Of a stretch of DNA of 64,000 bases, positions 23,094 through 34,191 are shown piece by piece. The stretch is from Malassezia furfur (taxonomy: Eukaryota). Made by a program: the position numbers and the translations under genes. The stretch lies in the NCBI GenBank assembly GCA_052055015.1, contig JBQJIT010000001.1; one strand, 5' to 3'. Positions within the stretch are counted from its first letter, which is position 1. Each line of letters starts with the position of its first letter. A model generated the notes under the pieces. The model was not told the DNA's origin. It did not search any database and saw nothing but the letters and a program-made list of their open reading frames with translations.

Positions 23094-26000
23094 ATGGCCA
23101 AGGCCTTGCCGACGCTGTCGCGCGACTGGGCGTCGCTGGGCGCGTCCAATGCGCCCAAGGCCAACGTTCCAGAAGACTCACCGCGCATCGCCACGGCGCT
23201 CAACACGTTTGCGTCGTACATTGATGCGGAGCGGCAGGTATACATCAGCGTACGTCACACGCCCCCTCACCCAGGCGCAAGCGAGCGGCCGCCGGATCAA
23301 TGTGTTTATGGGGCGCACGCGCACGATGCAATGCGTCTCGTTTGATGACGTGCCGGGCAGTGCCGGCCGATTGCGCAGTGCAACGGTTAGCAGCGTCGCG
23401 TTAGGCGCCGACGCCAAGGACTCGGACAACCTTTTGGTACGTGGTATGCCACTCACGCAGCTCGCGGCGTCGTTTGCAGGCATCATTGCGTTCTGGCGCC
23501 TGGATGCACTAAGTCGTGGAAAACATACCCAAACACCGACGTACACGCGCTGGCGCCTCGACGGCACACTGCCGATTCCCCACGAATTTGTCACCACGCT
23601 CGACATCCATGAGGGGCGCGTCGCGGTCGGTACAGACCGCGGCGTATGTGTGTACGAGCGTCCGCCGCGCACGGGTGCATCATGGCGCCGCGTCTTTCGC
23701 AAGAGGTACGTCTATGGGCTGACCCAGCGCGCCACGCTCCCTGTTGTCCGTGCGTTGGTCGCCCGACGGGCAATTCCTCGCGGCGGTGCCATTGTTCGAT
23801 CGGCGTGTCCTGGTGTGGTACTCGGACGTGTCTGAGGGTGCACAGATGCGGCTTGTTACGCGGCTCACACACACACGCGTCGTACACGCCATCGCATGGC
23901 GCTGGCCGCGCGTGGGCCATGAGCCACGGCCCGTGCTGGCGGTCATTACGTCGAACCGCGCGGCGTACATCTACTCGCCGGTGCTCGACGAGCCGCATGC
24001 GCTCCGGCAGTGGGCGGCCGTTGACCCTGCCATCGACCTGGGCCTTGAGACGACGTCCAAGCCCGTGGCCTTGATGTACTGCGACGCGTACCGCCTGTCC
24101 GTGGCGCTCCAACATGACATGGACCAGCTTGCGCACGCCGAGCAGCGCGCCAAGGCCGGGGTAGCTGGCGCCGCCCACGAAGACGTCGAGCGCTCACGGC
24201 GGCACCGCATCCAGCAGCTGCTCGACCATGCGCCGGATGTGTTTCTTGCGCTGCTCACGGATGGCAGCGTCGCAGTGTATGCACTGATGAACGTCGAGAG
24301 CAGCAGTCCCGTGCTGTGGCAGACTTACATTGTGCTTCAGCTACCCCAGAGCGTCGCGGTGGAGCCCTCCGCGGCGCCGACGCAATTGCAGTTCGTGCCG
24401 CTTGCGTACGGCGGCGCTCCGCCCAAAGGGGAGATGATGCCCACGGCGCTCATTCACGCACAGAGCGCCAACGGCATGCGTGGCGCGGCGGCTGTGTCGA
24501 TGGCACTGCTTCTTGATGGCGATCAGCGCGGCCTGTTTGTTCAGGACACGCTACTGACGAACGAGCGCGACGCGCCGACCGTGCCGACGTCCGGTGCGCC
24601 CGTGCGCTTCTTGCGCGCAGAGCACAAGACGGACATTGTTGCGCTGCATCCTACGCATAGTGGGCACGCTCTCGTCTCGCTCTCGCTCGACGGCGTGCTT
24701 ATTGGCTGGCACCTGCACGAGCGAGGGCATGCAGCACTTCTCTCGGAGCACCGCGTGCGCCTGCGCGGTGCAACAGCCGCCACCGTTCTTCGCACCGACG
24801 CACATGCAGCTATGCTGGTCGAGGGACGCATCGCGCTCGTCGCGATGAGCCCCAGCTCGGGCGGCGGTGGCGCCAGCTCCTACGCGACGACCGACATGTC
24901 GGTCGAGACCGAACCGCTGCCGTCCACCATCACCGAAGAGGCGCTGCTTACGTTTACGAGTGTCCAGCGTACTGATGGCACGTACGTAATTGTGGCATGC
25001 ACGCGCGATGCCCGCGTGTGCGTATGGCCCATTGCATCGGGGCCCGAGACGTGCCACCTCGAGGCGCCCGGCGTGCTTCAGCTCGAGAAAGAGGTGCCGC
25101 CGGAGCTGCGTGCCGCGGCAGTCCTCGACGCGCTGCAGCTTGGTGCGTACGCTGGCCCGGCACTGTGTACGGTCGACACACACGGCGAGCTTGTCGTGTG
25201 GGATTTGGAGGGACACGCGCACCTTCGCATGCCCACGGCACACACCGACGCCCGCGCGCTCGCCGCGAGTCGCACGGGCCACCTGGCGCTCGCCGCGTGG
25301 GAAGGCGGCGCCTGGCACGTGTCGGTGTGGGATGTGATGCGCGCGCCGTTTGCGTCCGCGCGCGTGCACGGCGCCGAGGTGCCGGGCGACGCGGCGCACT
25401 GTCCCGCATTGGCGTGGAGCGTGCCCGAGCGCGGCGGGGCGCTGCTCGCCATTGGCGCCGAGGCATCCGTGCAAATTTGGGCGCCTTGTACGCCATCAGC
25501 CGGCGTCGGGAGCCGTGGGGCGATGTGGGCGCCCCTGGCGCAGGTCAACCTTGAAGAGGGCGGCACCGGCACCGTGAGCCATGTTGCGTGGCTTGCTGGT
25601 GAGCGCCTGCTCGTTGCGTCGACGTGCCAGCTGTTCCTGTACGCGGCCGGCACCGATGCACACGATGTTGCTCACTGGCTCCCGGTGCTTGCTGCAGAGC
25701 ACGCGGCGCTTCTCCCGCCTTACCACCCGCGGCACCTGCAGTACTGTGTGCAGATGCGCCTCCTTGACGCGGCGCACACCATCGTGCGCGACCTCCGGCG
25801 TGCAATGGCCTCGTCGCTGTACAGCCCAGACGCGGTCGCCGACTGCTCGGTTGCGTGGGACACCTATCTCGTGCGCGCGCCGCCGGATACGCAGGGCACC
25901 AATGCCGTGCCAGACGAGCAGATCGCGGAGCTCGTCGGGACGCTCGGCGAGCGCCGAGCGCCGGGCCTTTCAGACGCTGATACCCGACAGCTGCGCGCGG

Positions 26001-27179
26001 TGCTTGCCTCGTTCCGCGCAACGCTGGCCGAGCCCGTGGATGAGTGTGGCAGGTTGTTCCTTACGTACCTCCACGCTGCGTTTGCCGAAGAGCCTGCGCC
26101 CGCGCCGACGCTGCCGCCCGGCGCGATGCTGTTCTGGGCGCAGCACAGCGCCACGCAAGAGATTCTCGTCGGCCGCGTGCTGGCAGCATGTGGTCAATCT
26201 ATGGCATGGCCGCAGCTTTGCACGTCAGGCGTGTTTGCATGGTCGCGCGACCGCGCGACACTGCTCCCGCTCATGGAGCAGGCGGCGCGTGTGGCCTATA
26301 CGGCGGGCGACGACATCGATCCGGTGCAAAGCACGCTCTTCTACCTCGCGCTCCGGCGCGAGACTACGGTGCGCTCCATCTGGCGGCGTGCACACGGCCA
26401 TCCCGACCAGGCCAAGATGAACCGCTTCCTGGCGAACGACTTTACTGTGGAGCGCTGGCGCATCGCCGCGCAAAAGAATGCGTTTGCGCTGATCAGCCAG
26501 CGGCGTTTCGATTTTGCCGCGGCCTTCTTCCTGCTGGGCGACGCGCTGCAGGACGCGGTCAATGTGTGCGTTCGTAACCTGCGCAACGTTCCGCTCGCGG
26601 TGGCGATTGCACGCGTGTATGAGGAGGAGGACTGTGGCCCTGTGTTCCGCCGGCTGCTTGAGCGGCACATTGTGCCTCACGCCGTGGAGCGCGGCGACCG
26701 CTGGCTCGCGTGCTGGGCACTGAGCGTGCTCCAGGAGCACGATGCGGCAATGCGCGTGGTCGAGGTAGGTACAAGGCTCACCCAGACCCCCCTGCGTGTA
26801 TTTGCCGAGGACGCACGGCATGCCCCGTGGCACGTTGCGGATGTTGAGTGCGTTGGGGCCGATGCGCCGGACCCTGCCCTGGCGCTCGCTGTAGAGTATG
26901 CACGGCAGCGTGGCTGGGCCTCGGTCGCGAACGAGCCGGCATTTGTGGCGCTGTGTGCGCGGCGCTGGCAGGAGATGGGTACGTGGTTGTGCTGACAGTG
27001 CAGGCTGTGACTACATTGGTTTGGGCGTGCTCGCTACGTGGTCGTTTGCACCGTGCGAAGCCCCTGCGTCGCCCCCCGAGGCACCCGTGCAAAAGATTGC
27101 GCCGCTGCTTGCCCCCGAGCACGCACCGCCCGCGTCGCAGGGCGCGGCCGAGTTCGACTTGGACGCCTTTGGTTTCTGA
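23094..27179 (+). CDS. RAV1: RAVE complex subunit Rav1 (WD40 + Rav1p_C)
   Basis: AAQKNAFALISQRRFDFAAAFFLLG...DAVNVC, M^GCD; introns 23250-23274, 23437-23460, 23706-23727, 26765-26785, 26979-27003. Confidence 0.88.
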
Positions 27180-27270
27180 CGCACAGGCCACCTGATTGTA
27201 TCGCACGTGGATAGATCCGTAAATAAGAGTCGGAGTGGCCGGAACGGTGCCTCCTCGTTGAAATTCCATC

Positions 27271-28545
27271 ATGAGTGCTCGTTTGTTGTCCCGCAGTGTG
27301 CGTCCGCTGCTGTCCATCCCCCGCGCCGTGCGCTTTGAGAGTGTCTGGGCAGGTGTCCAGGCGGGCCCGCCTGACCCGATTCTCGGTGTGACCGAGGCGT
27401 TCAAGCGCGACACGGACCCGCGCAAGATCAACCTCGGTGTCGGTGCCTACCGTGACGGCAACGGCAAGCCGTACGTGCTGCCTTCCGTGCACGAGGCAGA
27501 GGGCATCGTCTTTTCCGAGAAGCTCGACAAGGAGTACCTGCCGATCACTGGTCTTGCGCAGTTTGACGACCTCGCGGCGAAGCTCGCGTACGGCGAGCAG
27601 TCCAAGCCGCTTGTCGAAGGCCGCATCGCCACGACGCAGACTATCTCGGGCACGGGTGCACTGCGCACCGGTGGTGAGTTCCTTGCACACCACTACCCCG
27701 GCCCCAAGACGATCTACGTCCCGACGCCGACGTGGGGCAACCATATCCCGATCTTTAAGAACTCCGGTCTGGAGGTGAAGCACTATGCGTACTACGACAA
27801 GAACACGGTCGCGCTCGACTTTGAGGGCATGCTGCGTGACCTGCGCAATGCGCCGGAGAACAGTATTGTGCTGCTGCATGCGTGTGCGCACAACCCGACC
27901 GGTGTCGACCCGACGCAGGAGCAGTGGAAGCAGATCGCCGAGGTGGTCAAGGAGAAGAACCACTTCCCCTTCTTCGACATGGCCTACCAGGGCTTCGCGA
28001 GCGGTGATGCCGACCGCGACGCGTTCGCCGTGCGCTACTTTGTCGAGCAGGGCTTCGAGATTGCCCTCTCGCAGAGCTTTGCAAAGAACATGGGCATGTA
28101 CGGTGAGCGCACCGGTCTCTTTTCGCTGGTCACCGGCTCGCCCGAGGAAAAGAGCCGCGTCGAGAGCCAGCTCAAGATCACTGTGCGCCCGATGATCTCC
28201 AACCCGCCGCTGCACGGTGCGCGCATTGCCGCTCGCATCCTGAGCGACAACGCGCTCAAAGCGCAGTGGCTCGACGAGCTCCGCGGCATGGCTGACCGCA
28301 TCAAGTCGATGCGTGCGACGCTTCGCAGCCTGCTGGTTGACGAGTACGGTTCGAAGCGGAACTGGGACCACATCACCAACCAGATTGGCATGTTTGCCTT
28401 CCTCGGCATTTCGCCCGAGCAGGTCGAGAAGCTCAGCAGCGAGTACCACATCTACCTTACCAAGGACGGTCGTATCTCGGTGGCCGGTATCACCGAGAAC
28501 AACGTCAGGCACCTCGCCGAGTCGCTCGCCAAGGTCACGGCCTAA
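27271..28545 (+). CDS. AAT1: Mitochondrial aspartate aminotransferase
   Basis: Arg-rich presequence, GPPDPILG, LGVGAYRD, HACAHNPTG, SFAKNMGMYGER (PLP Lys). Confidence 0.95.
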   Translation: MSARLLSRSVRPLLSIPRAVRFESVWAGVQAGPPDPILGVTEAFKRDTDPRKINLGVGAYRDGNGKPYVLPSVHEAEGIVFSEKLDKEYLPITGLAQFDDLAAKLAYGEQSKPLVEGRIATTQTISGTGALRTGGEFLAHHYPGPKTIYVPTPTWGNHIPIFKNSGLEVKHYAYYDKNTVALDFEGMLRDLRNAPENSIVLLHACAHNPTGVDPTQEQWKQIAEVVKEKNHFPFFDMAYQGFASGDADRDAFAVRYFVEQGFEIALSQSFAKNMGMYGERTGLFSLVTGSPEEKSRVESQLKITVRPMISNPPLHGARIAARILSDNALKAQWLDELRGMADRIKSMRATLRSLLVDEYGSKRNWDHITNQIGMFAFLGISPEQVEKLSSEYHIYLTKDGRISVAGITENNVRHLAESLAKVTA

Positions 28546-28546
28546 A

Positions 28547-30399
28547 TTAGTCGGCATTGCGTAGACGCGGCGGCATCCGCGGCAAACCCAACAGGGCATA
28601 GCTGGGTAAGCTCGGCGACGTACATGCTTGCCTCGCTCGGCGTTGACATCAGGACGCCGTCTGCCTCACGCGTCACGCCCGTTGCGGCAAACTGCATCAG
28701 CACGGCACCTACCACATAGCCCCGCGTGCGCGCCCAGCGCCGCAAATCGCGCTCGTACAGCACACTCCCTGTCCAACCGAGCAGTGCCGAACCGTATTGC
28801 GCGCGGGGTGCGAACACGATGTCCACACGACGGTGCACGCTCGTCGGCGTCGCGCGGTACACGAGCTGTGCCACGTCGACGCCGTGGGTATGCGAGTGTG
28901 TATGCGCGCGACGTGCGAGCGACACAGTGTGGGTCACTCGCCCCGACGCACGCAACTCACGAACGAGGCGCGCAAGCGCATCGCCCGGTGAGACCTCATC
29001 CTCGCCCGCCGTCACAACCAGGTCTACGTCGCCGCTCGTCGGTAAGCCGCGCCGAAAACTCCCAGCGATCGTGCCGATGGCGTGCGGCAAAAATGCGCGC
29101 AGCTGGTGCATGATCTGGTCTGCAATGTGCACCACCTCAGCGCGAGGAATTCGCTGCTCAAGGTCGGGCAGCAGCGCGAGGCTCTCGACAACGCCCAGAT
29201 GTGTCGACAGCGCCGTCGACTTGTGCCGCGTCAGGTCCTCGAGCGTACGACACCCCGCATTGTAGGCACGCTCGGCTGTACGGGGACCGATACTGTACAG
29301 CGTCGTGAAGCGAAGCAGCGTCTGAACTGCAGGGTCCGCGCGCACCGTGTCCGCCTCGGCAATAGAGCCGCGCGCATAAAACTGGCGGATGACGTGTGCC
29401 ATCTTTCTCCCGATGCCTTTAAGGGCACATAGCGCCTCGTCATCAGCCGTGTCAAGTGCATAGGGTACGGCTTTAACGGCCGCTGCTGCACGCATGTATG
29501 CCATCTCGCTGTACATGTCGCTTGTAAGCCGCCGGTGCTGCCGGAGCAGCTGGAGCTCGTCGACCAGTGCCTGATTGTATGTACTTTGCAGCGGCGTGGG
29601 GCGGAATACGGCAAGCTCGGTGTTGGTCCATGCAGGTGCGTGTCGGTAGGCATCCGCGATGGTCTGCTCGTCGGGCACGTCGCCAGGCACGCCGAACCAG
29701 CCTGGCAGGGGTGGATCATGACAAGGGTGGTCCGAGCGCGGGTTGGAATTGGGTCGCTCGTAGGGTCGCAGCGAGCACGTTAACGAGGTACTTGTCGCTT
29801 CTTGTATAGCTTCATTCTCACTCCCACCCTCAGGACTCGGTGTAGCACTCGAGTCGCTGCGCACGGACGCTGGGGAAGTCCGAGTGGGGGATAGTTCTGG
29901 ACTGGGATCCGCCGACACTGCTGCGGTTGGCGATGCAGGGGCTTGTTTGACCTTCTTCTCGGCCGTTTCTTTCGCGTCTTCAGTTGGAGAGAGGCTCCGT
30001 TTGGTGGGTCCACTGACACTGGGATACACACGAAACGCGTCCGGGGACACGCTCACGCCCTCTTCTGCACACGCGTCAAGCCACGCGAGACTTGCGATGG
30101 GCTTGGTTTGCTGTGTCAGAGATTCACGTACTCGCTCGTCTGCAGATACATGTCGCTCCAATCGACGCGGCGCGCGCATGGCCGTCAGCAACAGGTTGGC
30201 ATCCTCGCGTGCGTCACAGACGACGGCGCCGAGCGCACGAGCGCGCTCATTCGCGCGCGCAAGCTCATCGCTTGTGAGAAGCTGCGGTAGTACGTAGATA
30301 CCTGGGTTAACACCTGCACATACGCGTCGCATGGCTGAGTATGCGCGATGGGGCGCGCACGGATCGCTGCTGCCGCCCAAAAACGTCGCGCGGCCGCAT
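28547..30399 (-). CDS. DNA polymerase X family, Pol mu/Pol4-like with N-terminal BRCT-like region
   Basis: GIGRKMA HhH, GSFRRG...GDVDLVV, RRVDIV, GWTGS (mu-type GW), C-terminal I^YALLGLPRMPPRLRNAD; introns 30302-30323, 30111-30131, 28692-28712, 28602-28623. Start tentative. Confidence 0.85.
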
Positions 30400-30655
30400 T
30401 CCTTCCTCCACACGGCCGTCCTCGTAGATGCATGGAAGGACGAGCGAGACGCGCCGTCCACGACCAGCAGCCTATTTTCAAGGCACGGAGGTCGATGCCC
30501 GCGGCACACATGCGAGAGATCCGACATTTGATGACTTGTATGTGACACCCTAATCCAGTTACCGCGCATTTGTCGGCTCGCAGCGAAGAAGCGTAACGCC
30601 AGCATCACGGCACGCGTCCCCAGCTCCCAGTACGAGCGCCGACGCAATTGTTCCC

Positions 30656-31624
30656 ATGCACTCGACCCCGGTGCGTGTCGCTCCTGTGATGCAGCCTGTC
30701 GCAGCGCGGCGCGAGCCCTTGCCGCCGGTGCCCTTTCCCCCGCCAAAACGACCCCGTGGGCGGCCGCGCAAATACCCCGCAGGGCCGTCAGCGTCGCAGC
30801 CCTCGCCGCAGCTCGAGCGCGACCGGAATGCATTCCGGGCCTCCCCCAGCATACCTGAGCGTGCGAATTCGTGGCCCGCGCCGTCGTCCGCTTCGCCATC
30901 TAACAGTACATTACCACCCGCAGGCGGCGTCTTTGACGATCCTCCTGCGCCACGCGCGTCGCCTGTGCCGTCCGATACATCTGCACCCAGACGCAAGCGC
31001 GGGAGACCGCGGAAATACCCTTACGATGCAAACAAAGAGGCTGCTCGTGCCGCAGCTAAAGCGGCCGCTTCCATCACGCCCTGGCGGCGGATTGCGATGG
31101 TGGAGCGGCCGCCAGTGTACCCAGAAACGCATGTGATGATCCCCGTGCGCCGTGCGCCGACTCGCTCGCTCTGGGACTCGCCTCAAAAGGCCCAAGCAGC
31201 GCCGCGACCGAGTTGGATGTACTATGAGCGACCGGTACGCCAAGACTTGGTCGGTAAGCGGCCCGACCGACAAGCGCCGGAGCCACTGCCACCGGCGCCC
31301 GTGGGACGGCGTGGCCGCACGCGCATTGATTACCATGAACTTGCACATTGGCAGCTCGCATGCCGCGCGCGGGGCGAACAGCTCGATCCCCGGGCGCTAT
31401 GGACCGTCTGTGTCGAGCGCTGGCGGCAGGCGAACGATATTTCTCTCCCAGAGGAGCGGGCGCTGAGCGAGGCCGATGCACAGGAGGCTTCCCGTGACAC
31501 ATCGCCAGCGCCCTCGTCAAGAGACCTTGAGGATATGCATTTGGCTCCGCCGGAAGACACCCTTCGAGCGACGGACGCTTATGTAGCGCAAGGTGCCACC
31601 GCCCCATCGCGGGCCGCCGCATGA
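30656..31624 (+). CDS. AT-hook DNA-binding protein
   Basis: Two AT-hooks, KRPRGRPRKY and RKRGRPRKY; otherwise Pro-rich. Confidence 0.7.
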   Translation: MHSTPVRVAPVMQPVAARREPLPPVPFPPPKRPRGRPRKYPAGPSASQPSPQLERDRNAFRASPSIPERANSWPAPSSASPSNSTLPPAGGVFDDPPAPRASPVPSDTSAPRRKRGRPRKYPYDANKEAARAAAKAAASITPWRRIAMVERPPVYPETHVMIPVRRAPTRSLWDSPQKAQAAPRPSWMYYERPVRQDLVGKRPDRQAPEPLPPAPVGRRGRTRIDYHELAHWQLACRARGEQLDPRALWTVCVERWRQANDISLPEERALSEADAQEASRDTSPAPSSRDLEDMHLAPPEDTLRATDAYVAQGATAPSRAAA

Positions 31625-31661
31625 CGATGCTATGCGCGATGTATTCCTCTAGTACTTGTAT

Positions 31662-32906
31662 TTATAGCCGAATCCGATGGAAAATGCGAAAGAGGGAGAT
31701 CTGTGTGAGTCGAACACATACCATAAAAACAAAGAGGTATACCACCACCGAGATGAACACGACACAGATCAGTGCGATTTGCAAGTCGCAAATCGAGTTC
31801 TTCTCATCCGGGTGGGTAAGGGTGGTACCAAATCGACTTGCATGTGCGTAGAAGGGCGACTTAGTGCTGACGCACACCACGTTTGAAGTAAAGTAGTTGT
31901 CCATCGACAGCGAAAGTTCCGCAGACCACAGACAGACGAATACGAGCTCGAGTGCCGTGTACCAAAGCTTAGAGCTCAGCTTCCACAGACCGATTGGCCG
32001 ACTCCGATATTCGATCCAGATCTGCGTCAGCGCGTACACAATTGACGGAGGCGAGAAAATAATGGCGGCTAGGGGACTGACGCCCACTGACATCTCGGCA
32101 TCGTTGTTTACCAGCCGCGTACGCAGGCGCACGCCAATGCCAAGGGTCGCAGAAAGTACGCCAACGTTCAGTGCACGACACAACAGCGGCACAAACACGT
32201 TGCGGAGCATAAACATGCGCACGCGGTAGCGACGGCGCTGCACGCGGTTCAGATTTGCCGTCTTTTCCTCACTGAGGCCCGCGATGGGAATAATCGGCTG
32301 CGCTGAGCCTGCACCAAGGGTCTCATCAAACTGCCACGGCTGATTCCACGCATCGTGCGGCGAGAGATGCATCGTTAGGGCCGCCTGAGCCTCAGTGTCT
32401 TCGGGATGGACATCGATGCGGCCCTCGCGCGCGGCAACGGCGGCCCAGCCCACCGTATCATGCATTCCCGGGTTCGGCACATCGGGTGCTTCACTCACCG
32501 AGTCCACCTGGGGGCGTGGCGCGACTTGCTCGTCTTCCCGCTCGGCGTCGTGGTTCGGCTGCTCGACCGTCTTGTAGTATCGATGCGCGACCTGTTCCTG
32601 CAGGTTGTGCCAAAACATGACTTCAGCACGACTGTAGTTTGCATGGATGGGCAGCATTGAGCCTGTAACCTCGGTGTGGAACGGCTGTAGGAGCTGTGGG
32701 GGACTCGTCTCGTGTAGCTCCTCTGAAACCGGCTTGATGTCCCTTAGGACTGGCTGGAGACGCGAACGCACCGGGTTTCCTGAGTACATCGGTGCCACCG
32801 CCGACTCTGCCCTATCTGCAGTCGACCCATGGCGCGTATGGGTCCCGCTAGGACCTTCGCCAAGCCGCAACGGCGACACCGGCGCCGGCGTCGGTGTCTG
32901 GGCCAT
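31662..32906 (-). CDS. Four-TM membrane protein, Srf1 (phospholipase D regulator)-like
   Basis: C-terminal hydrophobic helices with EY.SRPIGLW...LSLSMDNY; in-frame 21-nt intron 31701-31721. Confidence 0.6.
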   Translation of the reverse strand: MAQTPTPAPVSPLRLGEGPSGTHTRHGSTADRAESAVAPMYSGNPVRSRLQPVLRDIKPVSEELHETSPPQLLQPFHTEVTGSMLPIHANYSRAEVMFWHNLQEQVAHRYYKTVEQPNHDAEREDEQVAPRPQVDSVSEAPDVPNPGMHDTVGWAAVAAREGRIDVHPEDTEAQAALTMHLSPHDAWNQPWQFDETLGAGSAQPIIPIAGLSEEKTANLNRVQRRRYRVRMFMLRNVFVPLLCRALNVGVLSATLGIGVRLRTRLVNNDAEMSVGVSPLAAIIFSPPSIVYALTQIWIEYRSRPIGLWKLSSKLWYTALELVFVCLWSAELSLSMDNYFTSNVVCVSTKSPFYAHASRFGTTLTHPDEKNSICDLQIALICVVFISVVVYLFVFMVCVRLTQISLFRIFHRIRL

Positions 32907-32932
32907 GAAAGATGTCGATCGGGGGGATCGGG

Positions 32933-34140
32933 CTACGACCAACCGCTCAATTCTACGACAAACGCCATGCTGAGGCGCACAAAGCGCAGCAGGTGTGGGA
33001 ACGAAAACTCGGGTGCATCCGCCACGTCCTGTGCCGTATGGATACGTTGTTGGTTGCACAGCTCGAACGGCGCCTCAATCGCAAATGCGCTCTCGTAGCC
33101 CGCACGGCGCCAGCTGGCATGGTCGCTGCCGCCGTAGCCGAGTTGGGTATGCTTCGGCGGAATGTCGAGGTAGGCATGCACGAGGCGCTCGACGTAGTCC
33201 GTGAGCGCTGGGGAGACATAATCGGTCACAATACCCACCGACTCCTCAGTGCCTTGGCGCACAAATGCCGTCATGTCCTGCTGCAGCATCGCACGGACCT
33301 TGACAGCGTCCTCCTCGTAGCGTTCGGCAACCGCCTGAGAACCGAGCAGGCCACCCTCCTCTCCCGAGTACCAGTGCACCTCCACGCTCGACTCGGGCTG
33401 CCAGCCAGCCGCCGCAAGCGCACGCAAAGCCTCGAGAAGGGTCACAGTGCCGCTGCCGTCGTCATCGGCGCCAGGCGAGCGGAGGAAGGAGAAAAAGTTG
33501 GTGCTGTCGAGGTGCGCACCCAGGATCACTAGGCCGCGTTCACGCGTCAGCTGTGCGTTCGATCCCGGGATGTGCAACAGGATACTACGCTGCGCCCACG
33601 GGTGCTCAAACTCACGCACTGTCGCATTAGGGTGCAGCTGAGCCGATAGCGTCTCGACTTGTTCGAGCAGCCATTTTTGACTCTTACGACCAGACTCGCT
33701 CCGGTAGTAGCGCGTAAAGAACGACGTGAATCTGGCGAGATCCGCGCGCGGGCCGCGCTCGCTCACTTGCGTAAAGGCGGAGCGCAATTGCTTTTCGTAG
33801 TGGACGCTGTCCGGGAACGACGCCTTGGCTGCGGTAACGCGCATCGCATTTTTGGCACCCAGATCCGGGTGCTCCGTGACGTCCATAAACGTCTTGTGCT
33901 GCCAGCGGAACCACCACTTGTCCCACTCGGAGGCACGCACCTGCGTGTGGTCGTCGACTGGGTGAGCGGTGCCAACTTACGTTGGAGAATGCGGTCGCGG
34001 CGTGTCGATGGCCACCATGTTGCATGAGATAGTGTCTCTTGAGAATCAGGTGCGAGCGCAAACACCTGCTGCTCGCCAATGGGCGCCGCCGTGGCTACGG
34101 CCGCGGCCGTTGCCGCGCCGATCCACCACCCCAGACGCAT
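32933..34140 (-). CDS. Secreted M28 leucyl aminopeptidase
   Basis: Signal peptide, GAHLDS, PGADDDGSG, YSGEEGGLLGS, QQDMT, SDHASW, IHT; 23-nt intron 33958-33980. Confidence 0.9.
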
Positions 34141-34191
34141 CGGTCAATTGATAACGTAAGCGTGGCTTTTTTTTCCTTGCTTGGTGTCTTG

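Noticed and set aside
30400..30899. Long N-terminal extension of the Pol X ORF (similar extensions on the NAPE-PLD and methyltransferase ORFs)
   Set aside because: Overlaps the divergent neighbouring gene; open only because stops are rare at this GC content.
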